Assembly (NCBI GenBank): GCA_036389675.1
Contig: DASVWI010000022.1
Span: 1,112-65,111, forward strand
Reading direction: 5' to 3'
Origin: Pyrinomonadaceae bacterium
GTDB lineage: Bacteria; Acidobacteriota; Blastocatellia; Pyrinomonadales; Pyrinomonadaceae
Length of the DNA: 64,000 bases
A model generated the notes under the pieces. The model was not told where the DNA came from and did not search any database. It saw nothing but the letters and a program-made list of their open reading frames with translations. Numbering within the stretch: position 1 is the first letter of the stretch; every line of letters starts with the position of its first letter. A program made the translations under genes and the position numbers. This document shows, piece after piece, positions 8,535-15,745 of this stretch.

Positions 8535-8900
8535 CTAGACTGCGAACTCGCGTGCGAGTTGCAGTTCGGCTTTGCGTAGCTCGAAGCGACCGCGACCTAG
8601 ATTGCAGTCGGGTTTGAGGGCCAGCACGACGAAGTAGTCGCGATTGAAAAGCCTCATAATGACGGACGCGCTATCGTAGGAGATAACGAGTTCTTTCAAG
8701 CCTCCGAGTCCGACATCCGTGCCCGTCCGCTGTGCGTTGCGGATGAGCGAGGTGAACTCTGCGGCGGCGATGTCCAGATTGGCCTCATCGCCTTCCCCGA
8801 CCAGGACTTTCTCGACGGCTATGCCGTCAATGCCCATGATCAGAGCCCCAAGGCTTCCGTCCGTGCGATCAAGGATTGCTTCAAGTGGTTCTTTGAACAT
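8535..8900 (-). CDS. Roadblock/LC7 (MglB-like) domain protein
   Basis: 121 aa. LDRTDGSLGALIMGIDGIAVEK...VISYDSASVIMRLFNRDYFVVLAL is a typical Robl/LC7 pattern. Starts 22 nt after the pilQ stop. Confidence 0.8.
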   Translation of the reverse strand: MFKEPLEAILDRTDGSLGALIMGIDGIAVEKVLVGEGDEANLDIAAAEFTSLIRNAQRTGTDVGLGGLKELVISYDSASVIMRLFNRDYFVVLALKPDCNLGRGRFELRKAELQLAREFAV

Positions 8901-8922
8901 CTCTCTTCAAGCCTCCAAAGGT

Positions 8923-11163
8923 TTAGGGGCGCGAGGCCGGGCCGTTGGGCGTGCCAGTCGGAGCGTTGAACTGTGCTCCGGGGGCTGCGGGGCCAGTGGG
9001 CGTTCCCGGCTGCTGTTGCTGCAACTGCGTCGGGGTCGGCGTATTGCTCGGAGGATTGCCGAGCGGCACAGGCTGAATGATTGTGGTCGAGCGCGTCCCG
9101 GCTCCGACAGTACCGGAGGTCGGACGGCCATGGAAGTCCGGGCGATAGATGCGAGGCGTGATGAAGAACAGAATCTCGTTGGTCTGGCGCGTAACGGCCT
9201 TGCGCTTGAAGAGATTGCCCAGCACAGGAATCGAGGCGAGGCCCGGCGTGCGATTCTGTATCTCGCTCTCGTTGTCCGCCAGCACACCGCCCACCACGGT
9301 CGTGCCTCCGTCCGGCACTAATACTTCCGTCTCCATCTTCTGCGTGTCAATGCCGGGCGTGCCGTTGACTGCGATGGTCGTGTTGACGCTGTTGTTTTCC
9401 GCAACCACGCGCAGCACAACCGTGCCCGCGTCCGTGATCTGCGGCGTCACTTCGAGCCTCAGCGGAACGGAGACGAACGTGGTCGTAAAGACGAGGACGC
9501 CGCCCGTACCACCTGCGCCCGTCTGCGGAGTCACGACCGGGATTTGCTGGCCGCTGGAAATCTCCGCCTTGCGATTATTGAGTGCCGTGACGCGCGGAGT
9601 GGCGACGATCTTCGCCTGCCCCTTGTTCTCGGCAGCGGTAATGAGCGCGCTGATCTGCGCCGTGCCGATCACACCGGTCGTCAAGCCTATGACCGTGCTC
9701 GGCAGATTAGCGCCGAGAGCGCGTGTCGGCTCAACTCCGATGCCGACGGGCACGCCGCCGGGCCTGAGACCCGTCGTGTTGCCGCCCGTGCCGCCGCCCG
9801 TGCCGGTCGTGCTGCCGGGAACGGTCGCAAACGAGCCCGCGCGACCGTCAGAGCCGATGGCGAGGGCGGAAATCTGAACGCCCAGGTCGCGGCTGAAGCT
9901 GCGGTTGGCGATAACGATGCGCGTCTCAATCTCGACCTGCGGCTCTGGCTGATCGAGCAGCGTGACGAGCTGGCGAATGGCGTCTATGTTCTCTCTGACA
10001 TCTGTAACGATCAGAGTATTGCTGCGGCCATCGACCTCTACGCTGCCGCGACGCGAGAGACGACGCGCGATGATCGGAAGGATTCCCTGCTCGCCGCTAC
10101 TGCCCTGCGCGCCGCCACCGCCGCCGCCCGTTGACTCTCCCTGTGAAGTCGAGCCGCCGGTGAAGCCGCTGTTAGGGCCAGCCGCCTGCGCCAGCGTGCC
10201 GGAGGCGCGCGCGTAATTGAGGCGAATGAATTCCGTGAGCAACTGCGAATTGTCGAGCCGCGCTTCGCTGATCTTCTGCTGCGAGGCAGCCTCGGACGCG
10301 AGCACCTCCACGGTCGCGACGCGCAGGATGTTTCCGTTCACGTCAACGCCCAGACGGTTGGCCCGCAGGATTGCGTCGAGCGCGATATTCCAGGGCACGT
10401 CCGTGACGTTGACCGTGACGGGAATCGGGCCGACGGAAGAATCTATGACGAAATTAACGCCGTACTGTTCGGTGATGTAGTTGAGGATGTCGCGTATATC
10501 TGCGTTGACGACATTGAGGTTGATCGGCTCGCCGACGAAACCCGCTTGCCCGTAGCGCTGTCCCTGCTCGGACTGCGTAGTCCTGTTATCGGCGGGCGTG
10601 ATCGTCACCGTCGGCTGCTGCGCTGCCGGGCCTGAAGCCCCCTGCTCCACAGCGAGGGCTCTCGCCTGACCGGCGCTTGCCGGCGCGGAAGCTGTCTGAA
10701 CGTGTGACGGCTGAGCAGAATTACGCGCAGCGTCTAAAGCAGCGCCGGGCGAAAGCACCAGCACGAGATTATTGTCGTCCATCTGCGAGCGATCACGCGC
10801 GGGCGCGCGCAAGGCTATGCGGAAACGGGCCAGCGGTTTCATGTTCGGGCGATTCTCTCGCTCGACCATGACGCCGGAGACCAGAGGCGTGCCCATCGCA
10901 TAGGACTGGGCCAGACGGGTCGCGTCAACGCCCGGCAGATCAACGAGGATCGTGCGCAGGTCTGGCCGCGAGACCGTATAAGCCATCGGGGCCGTACCGC
11001 TGATGGTGATGAAGGTCGAAGCGCCGGAGGTGGTGGCGCTTATGCCCGTCGCCACCGGCACTATGTTCGGGCGCGCCGAAGCGAGCGCGTAGAGCGAGCA
11101 CATCACGAAGAGGACGAGCGCGCCTCTTTTGATGGCTGCAATCAGGTAAAGCTGATCAGACAT
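8923..11163 (-). CDS. pilQ: type IV pilus secretin PilQ (AMIN domain, N-domains, secretin)
   Basis: Start trimmed to the ATG at 11163, which has a GGAGGG SD. Signal/anchor, AMIN-like N-terminus and secretin C-terminal blocks (GGTTVVGGVL...IPVLGNLFKRK...ELLFFITPRI). Confidence 0.9.
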   Translation of the reverse strand: MSDQLYLIAAIKRGALVLFVMCSLYALASARPNIVPVATGISATTSGASTFITISGTAPMAYTVSRPDLRTILVDLPGVDATRLAQSYAMGTPLVSGVMVERENRPNMKPLARFRIALRAPARDRSQMDDNNLVLVLSPGAALDAARNSAQPSHVQTASAPASAGQARALAVEQGASGPAAQQPTVTITPADNRTTQSEQGQRYGQAGFVGEPINLNVVNADIRDILNYITEQYGVNFVIDSSVGPIPVTVNVTDVPWNIALDAILRANRLGVDVNGNILRVATVEVLASEAASQQKISEARLDNSQLLTEFIRLNYARASGTLAQAAGPNSGFTGGSTSQGESTGGGGGGAQGSSGEQGILPIIARRLSRRGSVEVDGRSNTLIVTDVRENIDAIRQLVTLLDQPEPQVEIETRIVIANRSFSRDLGVQISALAIGSDGRAGSFATVPGSTTGTGGGTGGNTTGLRPGGVPVGIGVEPTRALGANLPSTVIGLTTGVIGTAQISALITAAENKGQAKIVATPRVTALNNRKAEISSGQQIPVVTPQTGAGGTGGVLVFTTTFVSVPLRLEVTPQITDAGTVVLRVVAENNSVNTTIAVNGTPGIDTQKMETEVLVPDGGTTVVGGVLADNESEIQNRTPGLASIPVLGNLFKRKAVTRQTNEILFFITPRIYRPDFHGRPTSGTVGAGTRSTTIIQPVPLGNPPSNTPTPTQLQQQQPGTPTGPAAPGAQFNAPTGTPNGPASRP

Positions 11164-11357
11164 GTTTCCCTCCTTAAGGGAAGCGTCGGTCCTGGCATCC
11201 ACCACGCGCTGCGCTCGTCAGTCTCCCCTGAAGGGATTCCGCAAAAAGCGCGCGCCGCACAACGCGGACGCCTACCGGCATGGATTATCAAGAGAGTGCG
11301 CGAGCCCTTTGAATATTTCCCGGAAGAGTTCCGCAGAGAAAAGGTTCGCGCATAGGG

Positions 11358-11419
11358 CTTTTGGGTCTCAAAGCGTGGCGGGCTCAGGCTTCCCGACACA
11401 CATTTTGAGACCCAAAGGG
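11358..11419 (-). other. long-stem hairpin between pilP and pilQ
   Basis: 13-nt perfect inverted repeat TTTGGGTCTCAAA / TTTGAGACCCAAA with a loop of about 31 nt, inside the 260-nt pilP-pilQ spacer. Confidence 0.4.
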
Positions 11420-11423
11420 TTGG

Positions 11424-12068
11424 CTACTGCTTGTCGGGAGAGGCGCTGCGCGCCCCCTGGCTTCTGGCAGGTTCGGCGGCGGCAGGAGCCGCAGCTCCCC
11501 GGGCCGAGGTCATGGAGTCCGCCACGGCATTGGCCTGCCGCAGCGGCTTGATTTCGACCGCCATCTCGCGCCGGCCATCGCTCCAACGCGATTCGCGACG
11601 AAAGACCAGACGGTCTTCTTCAATGGCGACCAGTTGGCCGTCAAAAAAAGTTTCGCCCGGGTAGATCACATAGGAAAGCTTGATCGGCGAGGCTTCGACC
11701 ATCGCCGCGTACCCTCTGGGCGTGCGGAATATCCCGGTGATCTGCACTTCGCCGAGCAGCAGCGCCGTCGTCGGCTTGGGCGCGGGCAGTTGCGCGTTCA
11801 TCGCCGCCATCTTCTGAGCCTTGTAGCGCTGTATGCGCTCCTGTATGGACGGCGGAGGGATGGGCGTCGGGACAGCCCTCACTCTCTTGACCGGCGGCTT
11901 ATATTTCTCGAACGGATCACGCTGGCCGGCCCTCTGTCCGTTGGAACTAGCCGCGCGGCTCGCGTCCTGCGCCTGCGTGCGCGAGAGCGCGCCCGAGGTC
12001 AGGAGGATTGCGCCGCCCATGGCGAGGCCGAAGATGATCTTGTGGACGTTTCCTTTGAATTGCTTCAT
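11424..12068 (-). CDS. pilP: pilus assembly protein PilP-like
   Basis: Signal peptide or lipoprotein-like N-terminus, RDPF motif, C-terminal beta-domain. Lies between pilO and pilQ. Confidence 0.7.
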   Translation of the reverse strand: MKQFKGNVHKIIFGLAMGGAILLTSGALSRTQAQDASRAASSNGQRAGQRDPFEKYKPPVKRVRAVPTPIPPPSIQERIQRYKAQKMAAMNAQLPAPKPTTALLLGEVQITGIFRTPRGYAAMVEASPIKLSYVIYPGETFFDGQLVAIEEDRLVFRRESRWSDGRREMAVEIKPLRQANAVADSMTSARGAAAPAAAEPARSQGARSASPDKQ

Positions 12069-12126
12069 TTGCTCTCTCTCCGTGATTGCCGCGGGAAGGG
12101 CAGCTCTCAGAGTCCTCTCGGTTCGA

Positions 12127-12765
12127 CTAGGGGATTGGCGACGGGGCGGGCGCTGCCGCCGCTTGTGGCTTGGCTGCCGGGGCAGCGGGCTTTTCCGCAG
12201 ACACGTAGTAAGCGGACATCAAAAACTGTGCATCGAGCGTTCGCCCGGGCTGTTGCTCTCGCTCTTTATCCTCAAGCTGCTTGAGCTTGAAATCCGTGAT
12301 CGAGACGATGCGTTGATACTTCGCCATCTGCTCAAAGAACTCGCGCAGGTTGGCGAAGCTGCTCGTCACTTCGACCTCAATCGGTTTGCCGCTGTAGAAG
12401 TCCTGCTGAAAATCATCCTTCGGCGTAAAGCGGCGCAGGGTCAGGCGGCTCAGGCGTGCCCTGTCCTGAACGCTTTGCAGCACGCTCGTCAGCTCACGCT
12501 GTTCCGGCAACAGCGCTCTCAGGTCATCAAACTCCGCCTGACGACTTTTGAAGGCTGCGCGGAACTCGTTGAGACGCTGCGAGGCGATGCGCGCCTGCTC
12601 GTTTTTCGGAAGCAGTTCGGCGATCTGGGCGTTCAGCTCTGCGGTCTCGGCGCGCGTGCCGCCGGTTACGAAATACCAGAAGCCCGCGTAGATGGCGAAA
12701 GCCAGAGTGCTGAAGATGACCATCCTCAGATACCAGGGCAGTGTTAGTAAGCTGTCGAGTCTCAT
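12127..12765 (-). CDS. pilO: type IV pilus assembly protein PilO
   Basis: Single N-terminal TM, a coiled coil, and a PilO-like C-terminal domain (FANLREFFEQMAKYQRIVSITDFKL). Synteny supports the call. Confidence 0.8.
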   Translation of the reverse strand: MRLDSLLTLPWYLRMVIFSTLAFAIYAGFWYFVTGGTRAETAELNAQIAELLPKNEQARIASQRLNEFRAAFKSRQAEFDDLRALLPEQRELTSVLQSVQDRARLSRLTLRRFTPKDDFQQDFYSGKPIEVEVTSSFANLREFFEQMAKYQRIVSITDFKLKQLEDKEREQQPGRTLDAQFLMSAYYVSAEKPAAPAAKPQAAAAPAPSPIP

Positions 12766-12801
12766 GACGAATCAATTCCCTTCGCGTGCAGCCTGCGTCC
12801 G

Positions 12802-13494
12802 CTATTTCTGAGCGATCTGGTTGGAAGGCGCTCCCGGGGCGGTCGCCGCCGGGGCCGGCGTCGTCGGGTTGGGTGTCGGCCCGCCGGGCGTGTACTTGCA
12901 CTTGATCGTGAAGCTGACCACCTCAGGCTTGGGCTCACTCGGGTCTTCCGAGAGCGCGACCTTGTCGAGAGTCTTGCGTTCGGTCTCAATGCTCAGGTTG
13001 GAGAAGAGGCCGGAGGAGAACTCAAGGCTTTGACCGAAGCGTGTCACAGAGGCTTCGTTCGGAGAGCCACCCTTAATCGTCAGCTCGCCGTTCTTGTGCT
13101 CGATGCCTTCCAGATAGAGCCCCGGCACGCTGTCTATGCGCTCCTTAATCGCTCTCAAGACCGAACCCGGCCCTTGCTGCGACGCGCGCAGTTTCTGTAT
13201 GGCGTCGATCCTGAGCTGTATGTCCTTGGTCTTCTTCTCTATCTCGGCCTGCTCTTTATTGATGGCGTCCATCTGGCTGGCTATCTGCTGCTGGCGTTCC
13301 AGCTCTTTGACCGCCGCCGCATGCTCGGCGCTCGTGCTCACATAGTTATAGCCCATGGCGAGCACCAGCATCGCGGCCACGACCAGCGCGAGCACCATCG
13401 TCTGGGCACGCGGGTTAGCGACCCTTTCCTCGACGACAGCGACCCCGCCGCTTGCGCGATCTGTGACCGACTCTAAAAGATTTATTTTGATCAT
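12802..13494 (-). CDS. pilN: type IV pilus assembly protein PilN
   Basis: MIKINLLE N-terminus, one TM and a coiled coil. 4-nt overlap with pilM. Confidence 0.85.
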   Translation of the reverse strand: MIKINLLESVTDRASGGVAVVEERVANPRAQTMVLALVVAAMLVLAMGYNYVSTSAEHAAAVKELERQQQIASQMDAINKEQAEIEKKTKDIQLRIDAIQKLRASQQGPGSVLRAIKERIDSVPGLYLEGIEHKNGELTIKGGSPNEASVTRFGQSLEFSSGLFSNLSIETERKTLDKVALSEDPSEPKPEVVSFTIKCKYTPGGPTPNPTTPAPAATAPGAPSNQIAQK

Positions 13495-14555
13495 CCCGCG
13501 TCCACTCCTCTCAAAGCGAGCCCGACAGCGACGGCCATCTCCGGCACGACCTCGCGCATGTAATCTGGATCGAAACGCTTTGTGTCCACCTTGATGCGGC
13601 GGAACGGGTCGAAGACCTCGACGGGCATCTCGAAACGATTGGCAAGGTATTCGATGAAGCCCGGAAGTTTTGACCCACCACCTGAAATCAGTATCTTCTG
13701 CACCGCGGCCTCGCCGTCCTCGGCAGTCGCTCGGTAAAAATCCATGGTCTTCTGCACTTCCATCGCCAGGATGTCCGAGACCGTTTCCAGTATCGGCTCA
13801 ATCGCGTGCCCCTCAGCGCCCTCGGGCGGAGGCATCCCGCGCTTGACGGCTTCGGCCTGATCGAAGGTGAGCGACAGCTCCTTCTGCAAGAGCCCGGTGT
13901 ATTGATTGCCGCCGACCGAAACGTCGCGCGTAAACACAGACCGTGTGCCGTTCAGGATGTTGATGTTCATCGTCGATGCGCCGATGTTAAGGAGCGCGAT
14001 GACCTGACCGGCGGCGGGCTGGTAGTTGACTTCGTAGCAGTTCTGCAAAGCGAAGGCATCAATATCAATGATGGCGGGCTGCTTGCCCGCGAGCTGTATG
14101 GCCTGTTTGACGTTGGCGATCTTGTCGCGCTTACAGGCCGCCAAGAGTACCTGAAGCGCATCCGGCTGAGAGCCAGTGACCTGATAGTCAAGGCTCACGT
14201 CGGAAATCTCAAACGGGATGTGCTCCTCCGCGTGCCACTCTATGGATTCCATCAACTCGTCTTCGGTCATCTGCGGCACGACGATGTTCTTGACGATCAC
14301 GGAATGGCCGCTGACGCCGGCCACGACCCGCTCGGTCTTGATCTGCTGGTCGCGGAAGATGTTAGAGATGACGTTGGAGACGTTGTTAAGCTCCATGATC
14401 TGGCCGTCAACGACAGAGTCGGCCTGAAGGTTCTCGTAACCGAGGCTGACGAGTTGAAGACTGTCGCGCTTGCCCTGTAGCTCGACCGCTTTGACAGAGC
14501 TTGAGCCGATGTCCAGACCAACCAGATTCTTTTTGCCGAGACCACGTTTCAACAT
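13491..14555 (-). CDS. pilM: type IV pilus assembly ATPase-fold protein PilM
   Basis: LVGLDIGSSSVKAVEL actin-like phosphate-1 motif, 354 aa, PilM-like throughout. Confidence 0.9.
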   Translation of the reverse strand: MLKRGLGKKNLVGLDIGSSSVKAVELQGKRDSLQLVSLGYENLQADSVVDGQIMELNNVSNVISNIFRDQQIKTERVVAGVSGHSVIVKNIVVPQMTEDELMESIEWHAEEHIPFEISDVSLDYQVTGSQPDALQVLLAACKRDKIANVKQAIQLAGKQPAIIDIDAFALQNCYEVNYQPAAGQVIALLNIGASTMNINILNGTRSVFTRDVSVGGNQYTGLLQKELSLTFDQAEAVKRGMPPPEGAEGHAIEPILETVSDILAMEVQKTMDFYRATAEDGEAAVQKILISGGGSKLPGFIEYLANRFEMPVEVFDPFRRIKVDTKRFDPDYMREVVPEMAVAVGLALRGVDAG

Positions 14556-14567
14556 GACTTGCTGGTT

Positions 14568-14608
14568 CCTCGCGACCCTACAGATCGCTTGCGATTGCGC
14601 TCGCGAAG
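14568..14608 (-). promoter_or_regulatory. hairpin sequestering the pilM Shine-Dalgarno
   Basis: On the RNA, CUUCGCGA (rc of 14601-14608) pairs over 8 bp with UCGCGAGG (rc of 14568-14575). The 3' arm contains the GAGGA SD, 11 nt upstream of the pilM ATG. Confidence 0.4.
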
Positions 14609-14877
14609 ACGCTGGCGGGCTTTGCGTGCCCTCGATGCGTTGACGCGCGCGCGTTTGGTCGAAGTTGTATGGATTGGGGGATTCAAGGGGGTGATTGAAG
14701 AGCGCACCGACAAACGCTCGATTAGCTCGGTTGCAGAGGGCTTCTTTTGATGGGGTTGACCGTGATTGAACACAGCGTGGAAAGTTCGTGCCGTGAAAAG
14801 AGGAAAGCTAAGAAGAGGGGTGGGAGGGATCGTTCGCGCAGCGTGAAATGGCCCGGGCTACGCTTGACCGTCTCACT

Positions 14878-14972
14878 TCGGCAACCCGGCCAGCTCAAAC
14901 GCTTAACGCACGCTTGACCCCCGTTAGCTTTGCGACCCCCGCTCACGCGAGGTGTGCCTTTATCGGCTGACT
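14878..14972 (-). promoter_or_regulatory. candidate c-di-GMP-I (GEMM-I) riboswitch aptamer
   Basis: RNA reads AUAAAGGCACA-CCUCGC-GUGA-GCGGGG-GUCGCAAAGC-[bulged hairpin GCUAACG...CGUUAAGC]-GAGCUGGCCGGGUUGCC. Same order and spacing as the Vc2 aptamer as I recall it. Confidence 0.5.
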
Positions 14973-15101
14973 ATCAAAGAAGGCGACGCGCTCTATCGTC
15001 CGTGTTTATTCGAGCCGGACTGTGGCGTCGCGCTTTCAATCGAGTAATTAAAGGCCATGGCCTCTAAACAGGGTGAACCGGGCCGTCCACCTTCAAAACC
15101 G

Positions 15102-15131
15102 AGATTACAACAGTGCGGACAACCTTGTCAA
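15102..15131 (-). promoter_or_regulatory. sigma70-like promoter for the pil operon leader
   Basis: The minus strand reads AAAAATAACAA-TTGACA-N18-TAATCT, with an AT-rich UP-like tract upstream. It would give a leader of about 540 nt. Confidence 0.35.
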
Positions 15132-15213
15132 TTGTTATTTTTCCATGTTTAATTATTGAAGAGGAAAGAGTAAGAGGACGAAAGGGGCTGTTCGCGCCGG
15201 GTTTTAGGCTTAT

Positions 15214-15245
15214 ATTCTGGAAAAGCCGACAGGCGCTTCCAGAAT
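15214..15245 (-). terminator. hairpin after the ABM gene
   Basis: 9-bp stem ATTCTGGAA / TTCCAGAAT directly after the stop codon at 15247. The T tract is weak. Confidence 0.35.
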
Positions 15246-15246
15246 T

Positions 15247-15537
15247 TCATCCGGCAAATGCTTCGTAGATTTCAAGGGTCGGGCGCTCCTCGGCCATGCC
15301 CGGAGACTGTTTGCGGTGCGCCGAGACGAAGGCTTCCGATTCAGTCCATTCCTGAAAGGCTTCGCGTGATTTCCAGCGTGTGAGAACGACGTAAATGTTG
15401 CCTTCGGTGGGCCGCAGCACCTGCAAGTCTATGAAGCCGGGCATACAGTCCACGGCCCTGTCGCGCTCCATAAAGGTCTGCTCGAAATCCTGCTCGCGCC
15501 CACTGGCGACGGGGATACGATTCATGACGATTATCAT
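15247..15537 (-). CDS. antibiotic biosynthesis monooxygenase (ABM / IsdG-like) domain protein
   Basis: 96 aa. A ferredoxin-like ABM pattern: MNRIPVASGREQDFEQTF...VVLTRWKSREAFQEWTESEAF. Confidence 0.75.
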   Translation of the reverse strand: MIIVMNRIPVASGREQDFEQTFMERDRAVDCMPGFIDLQVLRPTEGNIYVVLTRWKSREAFQEWTESEAFVSAHRKQSPGMAEERPTLEIYEAFAG

Positions 15538-15745
15538 TTGGAGACCTCCCGAGCCGCTGCCGGAAATTTGCTCAACGTAGCAAGCAATGTAAGATAAGAA
15601 GTGGGCATCAAAGTATCACAGTCTAAATCAGAGCGGCAATGTTCATCCGTCCACACCAACATCACATCGCTTGGTCTATCACCACAGCCTCCGGGCATGA
15701 GCCCGGCCCAACTGCGCGCTCCCTTGAAGGAGAAAGGCCGGGAGA

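Noticed and set aside
8719-10480. Several plus-strand ORFs (200, 242, 196, 84 and 87 aa) opposite pilQ
   Set aside because: They are antisense to a clearly recognisable secretin gene and have low-complexity Arg/Pro/Ser-rich translations.
14556-15246. Possibility that the 691-nt ORF-free gap holds RNase P RNA, tmRNA, SRP or 6S RNA
   Set aside because: I looked on both strands for signature strings (GAGGAAAGTCCGGGC and ACAGAACCCGGCTTA for RNase P; the GGGGCTGATT... 5' end and tRNA-like TTCGA..CCACCA 3' end for tmRNA) and did not find them. The GEMM-like match explains part of the gap. Only an Infernal scan can be decisive.
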